A DNA stretch of 19,013 bases from Pseudomonadota bacterium (GTDB lineage Bacteria > Bdellovibrionota > FAC87 > UBA2466), in assembly GCA_043767805.1 (NCBI GenBank), contig JAYUGC010000005.1, positions 1 to 19,013 on the forward strand, read 5' to 3'. The position numbers and the translations under genes were made by a program. This document shows, one piece after another, positions 1 to 7,960 of the stretch. The notes beneath the pieces are model-generated. The model had not been told where the DNA came from. It was given only the letters and a program-made list of their open reading frames with translations, and searched no databases. Position 1 is the first letter of the stretch, and the number at the start of each line of letters is the position of its first letter.

Positions 1-2
1 TG

Positions 3-1307
3 GCTCTCGGACTCCGCTGGGTGGGGCGCGGGTTGGAAGGACATTTCCACCGCCTTCCCCAGTCGGCCCGTCTCATCGGCCAGCTTTCTTCCGAGTTTCT
101 GACTCACTTGAAATTCTTACGAAGCGTCGGCCGGGGAAAATGGGCGCTCTCCAGGCTGGACGCGGCCTTTGGCAGCCACCGCCACTCCACTTTCTACCTG
201 CATCTCTCGAGGAGTGTCCCCCTCGCTTTCATCGAGCTCGTGGGAGTGGGCTTCATCGCGATCATTTTTCTAGCGAGCGTCGGCTATCACTGGTTTCCGC
301 TGGGAGAGGGAGTTGCCTTCCTCGCGCTTTTTTATCGGGTCGCTCCCCGCGTTCAAATGGCGCTTTCCCATTTTGCCCAAATGAAGGCACGCGGCCCCTT
401 AATCGCCGACTTGGTGAGTGTCGACGAGGAAATGCGGCAAGCACCCAAGGAAATCTCCGGGACCGAAATTTGCGAGTTTCGATCGGAAATACGTTTCGAG
501 GACGTGAGCTTTGCTTTCCGAAAGGAAGACTCCGTCTTCGAGCTGAAGGGGATCGATTTTTCCATTCGTCCGGGCCGGTGCGTGGCTCTGGTGGGCGCCT
601 CGGGCGCGGGGAAAAGCACGGTGCTCGATCTCCTGACTGGGCTGCTAGAGCCCAAATCCGGCGAAGTCCGTGTCGACGGCACGGATTTGCGCCGGCTCGA
701 TTTGATCGCTTGGCGCAGCCGAATCGGCCTGGTCTCCCAGGAGATACCCATCTTCGAGGGAACTCTCGCCGAAAATCTTTCCTGGGACGCCCCAAGCCCC
801 AAGCTCGCTGCCATCCAGCGCTGCCTTCGCCAGGCCGGTCTTTGGGAATTCGTCTCCTCTCTTCCCCAAGGGCTAAACACTCAGGTCGGCCCGGGGGGAC
901 TCAGGCTCTCGGGAGGGCAGAGACAAAGATTGGCTCTCGCGCGGGCCCTCTTCGGCGCCCCGTCGCTCCTCGTTTTGGACGAAGCGACCAGTTCCCTCGA
1001 TAGCTCGACGGAGCTTCTCCTTCAGGACGAGCTGAAACGGATTAAGGGCACCATCGCCATGCTCATGATCGCTCACCGGCTAAAAACCGTGGAAATGGCG
1101 GATGAGATCTTGGTGTTTCACGGTGGAAAAATAGTCGAGCGCGGCACCTGGCCGGAGTTGCTCGCCCGCCGTCACGGCGTCTTTGCGAGAATGGCCGCCG
1201 AACAAGGGATAGTCGCGCCGCCGCTTCTCGCCTCCTATCACGATCTTCCGGAGCCGGCCCTCCCGGCCGAGACGGAGCGCGGTCTCTCCGAGGTTCCGCT
1301 TCAGTGA
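3..1307 (+). CDS. ABC transporter ATP-binding/permease (type IV exporter, MsbA/PglK-like), 5'-truncated by the window edge
   Basis: Hydrophobic helices followed by Walker A GASGAGKS, Q-loop VSQE, signature LSGGQRQ, Walker B LLVLDE and H-loop AHR. The frame is open from position 3, so the true start lies upstream of the window. Confidence 0.92.
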   Translation, partial: ALGLRWVGRGLEGHFHRLPQSARLIGQLSSEFLTHLKFLRSVGRGKWALSRLDAAFGSHRHSTFYLHLSRSVPLAFIELVGVGFIAIIFLASVGYHWFPLGEGVAFLALFYRVAPRVQMALSHFAQMKARGPLIADLVSVDEEMRQAPKEISGTEICEFRSEIRFEDVSFAFRKEDSVFELKGIDFSIRPGRCVALVGASGAGKSTVLDLLTGLLEPKSGEVRVDGTDLRRLDLIAWRSRIGLVSQEIPIFEGTLAENLSWDAPSPKLAAIQRCLRQAGLWEFVSSLPQGLNTQVGPGGLRLSGGQRQRLALARALFGAPSLLVLDEATSSLDSSTELLLQDELKRIKGTIAMLMIAHRLKTVEMADEILVFHGGKIVERGTWPELLARRHGVFARMAAEQGIVAPPLLASYHDLPEPALPAETERGLSEVPLQ

Positions 1308-2503
1308 AAGAGCTGGCGGTAGACGGCGTTCAAATTTTCACCCACCGCCTCCGGCGAATGATGGGTCTCGGTTTGAAGGCGAGCGGCGCTCAAACGTTCT
1401 CGCCAGGCGCTTCCGCCCGAGAGAGCGCTCTCCAAAGCCGAGGCTAATTCGCCCGCGTCCCCTTCGGAACCAAGGGCGCCGAGCTCACCGAATCCTAAAA
1501 GCGAGGGAAGGTCCCCACTCGTCGAGGCCACTAGCGGCCGGCCCGCAGCCATCGCTTCGAGCGCAATTGAGGGAGTTCCCTCGGTTTCCCCCAGACGAGT
1601 CGTTAAGCTAGGCACTAGGCAAACGTCACTCTCATAGAGCGCGGTGTGAATTTCATCCGCCGATAGGTTCCCGAGAAAACGGATCGAAAGCCCTGGAGGC
1701 GATGTCTCCGCTTGGCGACGTAAAGTCTTTAGGAGGGGACCCGTTCCCGCGATGGCGTACTCGATGGGAACGCCAAGCCGCCTTTGTAAAAGTGAGGTAC
1801 TTTCGATACCGACGGAAACCCCCTTTTTTAACACGAGCGGAGCTACCGAGAGAATTTTCAACGGCCGGTCGGAAACCAAGTTCGCTCGCGGAAGAAATTT
1901 CAGCTGATCAGTATCGACGGTAAGCGGTATCCGTCTGAGTAGGCTCATGGGGCAGCCGAGTGCCATGAGGCGCTCGTCCATTCTAGGCCCGAGGGACAGC
2001 ACGGCCAGCGCTCTCGAGAATAGCGGGTGAAAGAGATCGCTTCCCCAGGTCTGGGGCAGGCGGTACGCATCGTTTCCATAAAACGAAACGACCAAAGGCA
2101 CCGGGGGGGATTTACGCAAAGACAGGGCAACTTCGCGGCCCACTTCTCCGAAGTGACAATGAATGACGTCGGCCTGGGACCGCGAAAGACCTGAGGGAAT
2201 CTTATGAGGGATGAGAAGGGAAGCCGCGTCCCGCGCGAAAGCGGTGAAGTCCCCTCGCCGAGCCGATTTAGATAAGGCGGAGAGGGCGCGTGCGGTGCCG
2301 ACGTGCCCGATGACTCGCCTCGGGAGCGAACTCCACGCGTAACCGAGATACGTGGGGAAATAGCGGGAGTTCGGCTCCCCTCTCTCTTTAGCCAAGGCGA
2401 AAAGCGAGACTTGCGTCCCCCTTCGTCTCAACTCATCGAGCTGAAGGCGGATCGATCCCTGGGCTTCCAGGGGAAACGCGTTTACAACGGCAGCGAGGCG
2501 CAC
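1301..2503 (-). CDS. GT4-family (WcaL-like) glycosyltransferase
   Basis: DVIHCHFG, VVSFYGND, KKG and the EX7E motif EGTPSIALEAMAAG of GT-B group 1 enzymes. GTG start 3 nt past the regulator stop codon. Overlaps the convergent ABC gene by 7 nt. Confidence 0.88.
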   Translation of the reverse strand: MRLAAVVNAFPLEAQGSIRLQLDELRRRGTQVSLFALAKERGEPNSRYFPTYLGYAWSSLPRRVIGHVGTARALSALSKSARRGDFTAFARDAASLLIPHKIPSGLSRSQADVIHCHFGEVGREVALSLRKSPPVPLVVSFYGNDAYRLPQTWGSDLFHPLFSRALAVLSLGPRMDERLMALGCPMSLLRRIPLTVDTDQLKFLPRANLVSDRPLKILSVAPLVLKKGVSVGIESTSLLQRRLGVPIEYAIAGTGPLLKTLRRQAETSPPGLSIRFLGNLSADEIHTALYESDVCLVPSLTTRLGETEGTPSIALEAMAAGRPLVASTSGDLPSLLGFGELGALGSEGDAGELASALESALSGGSAWRERLSAARLQTETHHSPEAVGENLNAVYRQLFH

Positions 2504-2506
2504 CGG

Positions 2507-3937
2507 CTAGTTCCGGTAATCTTCCGCCTTGATGCTGTACTTCTGGAGTTTACGCAAAAGAGTTTTCTTAGGGATGTTTGCATGCAAGGCGGTCTGGTTG
2601 ATGCGGCCCTTGAAGGCCTTCAGCGCCTTGATGATGAACTCTTTCTCGAACTGCTCCTTGTGCGTTTTGTAATCGAGCTCGCTTCCGGGCGATCCGCCTT
2701 CGACGGAGATGTCCTCGTCCTCGTCATCCGCAAGTTCCGCACCGGTACCCTGAGACGGGGCCGCGGAGATGCCGCCGATGTATGTCGGGAGAGAAGGGAT
2801 GGTGATACGGTTAGTCGATTCGATGACGAAGGCGTGCTCGATGACGTTTTCCAGCTCGCGGATATTGCCGGGCCAGTTGTGCGCGAAGAGGACTTCCGTC
2901 GCCTGAGGGCCGACCTCGATCACGTTTTTGCCGTGGATGGCGTTGAACTTCGTGATGAAGTGGCCGATGAGGCGCTCCACGTCGTCTTTACGCTCGCGGA
3001 GCGGCGGCAAGAAAATCGGAATGACGTTCAACCGATAGAACAAGTCCTCACGGAACTGGTTTTTCTTGATGAGCTCTTCCAGGTTGCGGTTGGTGGCCGC
3101 GATGATACGCACGTCCATGTCGATCTCGCGGTTCGAGCCGACGGGCGTGAACTTGCGCTCTTGAATCACGCGCAGGAGCTTTACCTGCATCGCGGGCGAG
3201 AGATCGCCGATTTCGTCGAGGAAAATGGTGCCGCCTTCCGCGTACTGGAAGCGGCCTATCTGCCGTTTGTCCGCGCCGGTGAAGGCGCCGCGCTCATGGC
3301 CGAAAAGCTCGCTCTCGAAGAGAGTCTCGGCAATGGAGCTACAGTTGATGGCGACGAGCTTCGCGTCTTTGCGAGACGAGTTGTAGTGAATAGCGCGGGC
3401 CACGAGCTCTTTGCCCGTTCCGCTCTCGCCGCGGATGAGCACGGAAGTGTCCACCTTGGCGAGCTTATGAATCATGCCGTAAATCTTTTTCATCTCGCCC
3501 GAAGTACCGACGATTTCTCCGGCCTCGAGCTTTATCCGCGGCGCCGAAAACGCCATGTTGCGGATGAGCTTTTGGGCTTCGAGGGCTCGCTGCACCATCT
3601 CCACCACCTGCTGGTGCTTGATGGGTTTGGCGAGATAGTTGTAAGCGCCTTCTTTAATCGCGCGGACGGCGTCCTCGATGGTGCTGTAAGCCGTCATCAC
3701 GATGACGATGATGGACGGATCGAGCTCTTTGATCTTCGAGAGGCAATCCAGCCCGTTCATGCGGGGCATGTTCACGTCGATCATGACGAGGTCGGGGCGC
3801 TTCTGCTCGATTTTCTCGAGGGCGTCCATACCGTCTACGGCTTGATTAATCTCGAAGCCGTTGCGATCGAGCACTTCGGAAACTGTCTTGCGCAGCTCCT
3901 GATCGTCTTCCACTACGAGAACTTTGTATTTTTCCAT
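2507..3937 (-). CDS. sigma54-dependent response regulator (NtrC family: REC-AAA+-HTH)
   Basis: Receiver domain (VVEDD, phospho-Asp IDVNMP), Walker A GESGTGKE, intact GAFTGA loop, LDEIG, C-terminal Fis-type HTH. SD GGAGG upstream. Confidence 0.97.
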   Translation of the reverse strand: MEKYKVLVVEDDQELRKTVSEVLDRNGFEINQAVDGMDALEKIEQKRPDLVMIDVNMPRMNGLDCLSKIKELDPSIIVIVMTAYSTIEDAVRAIKEGAYNYLAKPIKHQQVVEMVQRALEAQKLIRNMAFSAPRIKLEAGEIVGTSGEMKKIYGMIHKLAKVDTSVLIRGESGTGKELVARAIHYNSSRKDAKLVAINCSSIAETLFESELFGHERGAFTGADKRQIGRFQYAEGGTIFLDEIGDLSPAMQVKLLRVIQERKFTPVGSNREIDMDVRIIAATNRNLEELIKKNQFREDLFYRLNVIPIFLPPLRERKDDVERLIGHFITKFNAIHGKNVIEVGPQATEVLFAHNWPGNIRELENVIEHAFVIESTNRITIPSLPTYIGGISAAPSQGTGAELADDEDEDISVEGGSPGSELDYKTHKEQFEKEFIIKALKAFKGRINQTALHANIPKKTLLRKLQKYSIKAEDYRN

Positions 3938-3946
3938 GGACCCCTC

Positions 3947-5830
3947 CTAAACGGGGAGCGAAACGGTAAAGGTACTTCCTTTACCAACTTCGCTCTTAAG
4001 CTTGATAATGCCTTCGTGGAGCTCGACGAAATACCTGGCTAGGTACAACCCGAGCCCCGTTCCTTTTACCGCCGCGGTCAGCGGGTGCTGGCCGCGGTAG
4101 AATTTCGCAAAAACTTTTTCCTGTTCCGTATCGGGAATGCCGATGCCCTGATCTTCCACGGAAACATGCACCCAGTTGTCTTCTTCGCGGGAAATGAGCC
4201 GGATGTGGCTCCCCTCGGGCGAGTACTTGATGGCGTTTTCGACGAGGTTGGCGATGACCCTTCGGATCAGCCGCACGTCGAACTTAAACGAGAAGATCGG
4301 ATCCAAATCGGTGTCGAGCGTGATGTTCTTGTCGGCGGCCTGGGGCTGCTTCGACTCGACGACCTCCATGATGGCCTGGTTGATGTCCTTGGTGGCCTTT
4401 TGCAAGGGCACTTCCGCGCTCTCGATGCGCGTGAGATCGAGCACCGTTTCGACGTACTTACTGAGCTCTTCGGTCGTGTGCACGATGGCCGCGACCGAGC
4501 CCTTTTGCTTTTCGGTCAAGGAGGACGCTGCTTCGTTCAGAATCAGTTCCGCGTTTCCCTGAATGCGCGCGATGGGCGTTTTCAAATCGTGAGTGACGAG
4601 CGACAGGAAATTGCTTTTCAGCTGCTCGAGCTGGGACATGAGCTCGCTCTTTTCCTGGTAATGCCAGCGTTTGCGGTACTCTTCCACGAGGCGATACGGA
4701 ATGACCAGGTAGTATCCGACGCAAGCGACCAGCAAGGGATGCGCGAGATTTAACCAATAGTCGAAAAAGAAAAGCGCTATCCAAGCGTAAACACACAGCA
4801 CGGCGGCCTCGGCGAGCACGAAGAGAATGCCGCGCCAGGGAGAGAGAAAGAGAGCGAGGTTGACCGTGACGATGCCGATGAGAAGCGACAGCGCGAGATT
4901 CAGCCAGGAAGAAGACTTTGCGACTCCCCGGTCGTCTAAAATCGTCGCCAGCCCGTGGGCCGCGCCCTCGAGGAGCGGCGTGTACGTTCCGCGAGACAAA
5001 GGCGAGAGAATGAAGTCGTCGGCCTGCATGGTCCGGAGCGCGCGGCCGACGAGGACGATTTTGTCTTTGAAAAAGCCCGGAGCAAATCGATGTTCGGCGA
5101 CGGCGAGAGTGGAGGTCACCGGGTACGTGCCCGGCCCGCCCTGCCAATTGATGTAAGTTTGGGTGGAGTCGCCCATCTCACCTAAAGGATCGACGTGGCG
5201 AAGGCTCGTGCGGTTCGGCTGAGCCAAGTTCGCAAGCTCGGCGTAAACGGAAGGTACGCTTTGAATGGTGAGCATTACGCGGCGGCTGACCGAGTCCGCG
5301 CCATAGCTGAATGTGTCTCGCGAGATGAAACCCGGCAGATAACGAACCCCCGTCAGCTCGACCGGAGGATTCTTTCCGAGGCTCTCGTCATCGGTGTACC
5401 CGATGAAGGGATGGGCCACCTTCTGAAGCGCCTTGCCGAGAAGGGCCAGCTCCGCCGGCGTGTAGCGGCGTTCGTTGAAGGGTCCGATGAGCGCGACCGC
5501 CTTCGGAGAGTCGGCCGCTAGAGTTTCGATGACCTGGGCGAGCTCCTCAACCGGGATCTTACGGCCGTCCTCGTAGCGGGCGGCTGCGGCCTCGTCATAG
5601 CCCACGAGGCGGATGTCGGTGTTCGGGGTGTGGCGAAGCTGAGTCCGGAAAAGCCCGTCCACGAAGATGCCCTTTAAGCCATCCAGGTCGAACTGAGCCA
5701 GGGCGAATACGAACACCACCGCTAGCGTGGTCGCGGACGCATGGGAAAAAGTTTTAGATCGGCCGGTAATGGCTCTCTCCCGTTTGAGACGACGCGCATC
5801 CGCGAGGTTATGTTTGTTCTTTTTTCCCAT
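3947..5830 (-). CDS. membrane sensor histidine kinase with a CHASE2-type periplasmic domain
   Basis: N-terminal TM, CHASE2-like motifs (DIRLVGYDE, DSVSRR, FKDKIVLVG) and three TM helices. H-box VTHDLKTP, N-box NLVENAIKY, G1 DQGIG and G2 GTGLGL. Confidence 0.93.
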   Translation of the reverse strand: MGKKNKHNLADARRLKRERAITGRSKTFSHASATTLAVVFVFALAQFDLDGLKGIFVDGLFRTQLRHTPNTDIRLVGYDEAAAARYEDGRKIPVEELAQVIETLAADSPKAVALIGPFNERRYTPAELALLGKALQKVAHPFIGYTDDESLGKNPPVELTGVRYLPGFISRDTFSYGADSVSRRVMLTIQSVPSVYAELANLAQPNRTSLRHVDPLGEMGDSTQTYINWQGGPGTYPVTSTLAVAEHRFAPGFFKDKIVLVGRALRTMQADDFILSPLSRGTYTPLLEGAAHGLATILDDRGVAKSSSWLNLALSLLIGIVTVNLALFLSPWRGILFVLAEAAVLCVYAWIALFFFDYWLNLAHPLLVACVGYYLVIPYRLVEEYRKRWHYQEKSELMSQLEQLKSNFLSLVTHDLKTPIARIQGNAELILNEAASSLTEKQKGSVAAIVHTTEELSKYVETVLDLTRIESAEVPLQKATKDINQAIMEVVESKQPQAADKNITLDTDLDPIFSFKFDVRLIRRVIANLVENAIKYSPEGSHIRLISREEDNWVHVSVEDQGIGIPDTEQEKVFAKFYRGQHPLTAAVKGTGLGLYLARYFVELHEGIIKLKSEVGKGSTFTVSLPV

Positions 5831-5886
5831 GGCAGTCTGTTGAGCTGCCTAATATACCGCCCCCATGGGAACCGTCTCAAGCGCTG

Positions 5887-5902
5887 TGCAAGCGCCGTTC
5901 CA
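5887..5902 (-). promoter_or_regulatory. sigma54 (-24/-12) promoter for the kinase-regulator-GT operon
   Basis: Minus strand reads TGGAACG-GCGC-TTGCA against consensus TGGCACG-N4-TTGCW (1 mismatch). Exact GG-N10-GC spacing, ~57 nt upstream of the kinase ATG. Confidence 0.8.
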
Positions 5903-5976
5903 CTGCGGCGCGCCCACCTAAAAAAAGAGCCAAAATAGCCTTGTAACTTCAGTTATTTAGCCAGGCACCGGGGGTG

Positions 5977-6045
5977 GGAACAAAATGCACCAGGGAGTTC
6001 AGAAAACGAAAAAATAACCTGGAACCGGTGTCATTTTGCACCAGG
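5977..6045. promoter_or_regulatory. pair of NtrC-like upstream activator (enhancer) sites
   Basis: GGAACAAAATGCACC (5977-5991) and GGTGTCATTTTGCACC (6027-6042). Both carry TGCACCAGG, repeated 51 bp apart; TGCACCA is the enteric NtrC half-site. They sit at roughly -108 and -159 from the predicted start. Confidence 0.65.
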
Positions 6046-6047
6046 TC
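6009..6047 (-). terminator. possible intrinsic terminator of the zinc-ribbon gene
   Basis: Minus strand GACCTGG...CCAGGTT stem with an inner GGTG/CACC, followed by ATTTTTT, ~28 nt after the stop codon. Confidence 0.45.
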
Positions 6048-6074
6048 GGAATTTAAACGGACTGAGGCGTCCCC

Positions 6075-6818
6075 CTAGTTAGAGGGCGAGTTGGCTTGAA
6101 GATCGTGGGAGGCCACGATGAGAAGTCGTCCACAGCTCGGGCAGCGGTGTACGGCTTTGAGCCCCAGGATCTCGTTATAGAGCTGGGGGCGAACTTTGGT
6201 GCGGCAGCCTTGGCAAACGTAGTTGTCCACGAAGGCCACGGCGATGGCGCCGGAAGAAGCCACACGATTATAGACGGTCGCGACGCTCGCATCGAGCTTG
6301 GAGGTCGAGACACTCCGCTTTTGCATCTGTTCGTCCAGCTGGCCTTGGAGCTTGGCCGCTTCTTCCTGAAGGCGAACGCGATCGGCCTTGAGGGAATTCT
6401 CGTAAGCTTTGTAGTCGGCTTCGTGCTCTTTCACGATGGCGCGAGCGCTTTCGGCTTCCGCCTGAAACTTCTGAATCTCGGTCTCAATCTTGGTCTTTTC
6501 GTCCTTACGGCCTTCGTTCTCTTTCAAGGCAGCCTGATATTCCTGGTTGGTCTTGACCTCCATCATCTTGGCGGCGGCCTTGTCGATGTTGGTGTCGCGC
6601 TCCTTGGAGTCCTGTTCGAGGCTGCGAATCCGCTTTTCAGCCGCATCCAAAATGGCTTTGGCGGAATCGAAAGCCTGCCGGCGCAGAGCCAAAGCTTGGT
6701 CGAGTTTTGCAACCTCCTTGGGAAGCTCCTCGAGACCCCGGCGAAGGCGGCTGATCTTCTCGTCAGTCCGTCTAAGTTCGGCCAGGGTTTCGTATTGGGT
6801 GCGTGTGGCTTCGCTCAA
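6075..6818 (-). CDS. coiled-coil protein with C-terminal C4 zinc ribbon (DUF164/zf-RING_7, CT398/HP0958 family)
   Basis: Long heptad coiled coil with VKTNQEYQA, then CQGC...CPSC. TTG start with SD AAGGAG 6 nt upstream. This family is often found near rpoD. Confidence 0.92.
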   Translation of the reverse strand: MSEATRTQYETLAELRRTDEKISRLRRGLEELPKEVAKLDQALALRRQAFDSAKAILDAAEKRIRSLEQDSKERDTNIDKAAAKMMEVKTNQEYQAALKENEGRKDEKTKIETEIQKFQAEAESARAIVKEHEADYKAYENSLKADRVRLQEEAAKLQGQLDEQMQKRSVSTSKLDASVATVYNRVASSGAIAVAFVDNYVCQGCRTKVRPQLYNEILGLKAVHRCPSCGRLLIVASHDLQANSPSN

Positions 6819-6958
6819 GGGGAACTCCTTTGGGGACTGAGGGACATTCGGGCTGTTTGACGCACCATCTTCCTCGATTTCCTTAGCTGAGGAAAGGGGA
6901 TTCTCGTCAACGGCTCAGCTGGGCTCAAAGTAAGTCTTCGGGAGCGCGCTCCCCGAGT
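6813..6958. other. long co-axial stem-loop (candidate structured ncRNA or 5' leader)
   Basis: Nested inverted segments share an axis at ~6885: GGGGA/TCCCC, CTCC/GGAG, TGGGGACT/AGTCTTCG, GGGCTG/CGGCTC, TTGACG/CGTCAA and TTTCCTTAG/CTGAGGAAA. There is one internal bubble. Confidence 0.45.
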
Positions 6959-7092
6959 AGTTTAAAGAGCGCGTGTCGCTGATAACCGAAAACGCATGAC
7001 AAGGCCGACCGCGCGCTAAAGCGCTGTCCGCAAGAAGGCGCGACTAGAAAGTCACTCCGACGGTTCTATCGAAGCGTCCGCTCTATTTTTGA

Positions 7093-7653
7093 CTACTTGG
7101 TTTCGCAGCCGCAACGCGAGTCCGGCTTGGGCTTCTGGCACGGGTGGCAGTCCTTAATCGCCGGCTCGCGAAGGGTCACCACTACGATGCTTTCCAGCAA
7201 GTAGAGCGGCTCTTTGCATTTACAGCACTTGGGCTTGCACGCGGTCTTCGGATCGCAAGCAGGCGCGTTCACCAGGGAGCCGACTTCGATGGTCATCTGA
7301 CCGTCTTCGGTGGTGAACTTGCCGTCGACGAGATCTTCGGCTTCGAAGTCGCCCTTCAACATCGTGGCGAGCGGAAGTTTTTTCGAATCAAGAATGACGA
7401 TGCGCCACGATCCATCTTTTTGTAGACGGTAGCTCGTCTCGGCGGAGCGGATGAACTTACCCGGAAGAAACTTACAGGCGTAACCTTGACTAGTTTCGGT
7501 GCAATCGCCTTGGATGACGCCGTAGCGCGAGAGCGAGTTGACGACCGCGGGCTTGAGGATCTGGTGATCGTGAGAAGTCAGATTGATTTGATAAGCGCGA
7601 TCGAACTTACAACCGGCCAAAAGCAAAAGAGCGGCGAATAAAGAACGTTTCAT
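7093..7653 (-). CDS. hypothetical lipoprotein with a Cys/Lys-rich C-terminus
   Basis: ATG at 7653 gives MKRSLFAALLLLAG-C (lipobox LAGC), with GGGGGT upstream as a possible SD. 12 Cys in total; no family recognised. Confidence 0.8.
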   Translation of the reverse strand: MKRSLFAALLLLAGCKFDRAYQINLTSHDHQILKPAVVNSLSRYGVIQGDCTETSQGYACKFLPGKFIRSAETSYRLQKDGSWRIVILDSKKLPLATMLKGDFEAEDLVDGKFTTEDGQMTIEVGSLVNAPACDPKTACKPKCCKCKEPLYLLESIVVVTLREPAIKDCHPCQKPKPDSRCGCETK

Positions 7654-7745
7654 GTGTACCCCCACAAAAGAAATGTCTCAGGCCGGGTTGGTAACACGCT
7701 CGCTTTGGCGCGATCCAGTAGATTGGACACGATAAAAATTTTTTC

Positions 7746-7764
7746 GTGGACCAAAATGGTCCAC
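7746..7764. repeat. perfect inverted repeat GTGGACCA-AAA-TGGTCCAC (candidate protein-binding site)
   Basis: 8 bp arms with a 3 bp spacer. Overlaps the near-palindrome CACGATAAAAATTTTTTCGTG (7728-7748). Confidence 0.6.
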
Positions 7765-7960
7765 AGTCCTGATCCCGTGGCGGAACGTTGAAGTTATTGG
7801 GTTTTTTGGACCGTGTCCCTTCTTGAGTCGCCGTACCGCGAGGCGGCTTCAGTCGGTTTGGAGCTTGGACGATTCCTCGGTTAAAATAGATTAACCTCCC
7901 AAATCCCGTTCTCTTTACCCCCATGGCGCCTCTCAGCTTCCCCGAATTTTTTTGCGCTCT

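Noticed and set aside
2303..4042. 579-aa plus-strand ORF
   Set aside because: Antisense shadow of the NtrC-family gene. Such shadows are common with GC-biased codons, and it has no motifs of its own.
6885..6905. GAGGAAAG as the start of RNase P RNA (rnpB can lie near zinc-ribbon genes)
   Set aside because: Not followed by UCC, no matching 3' conserved motif, and too little space.
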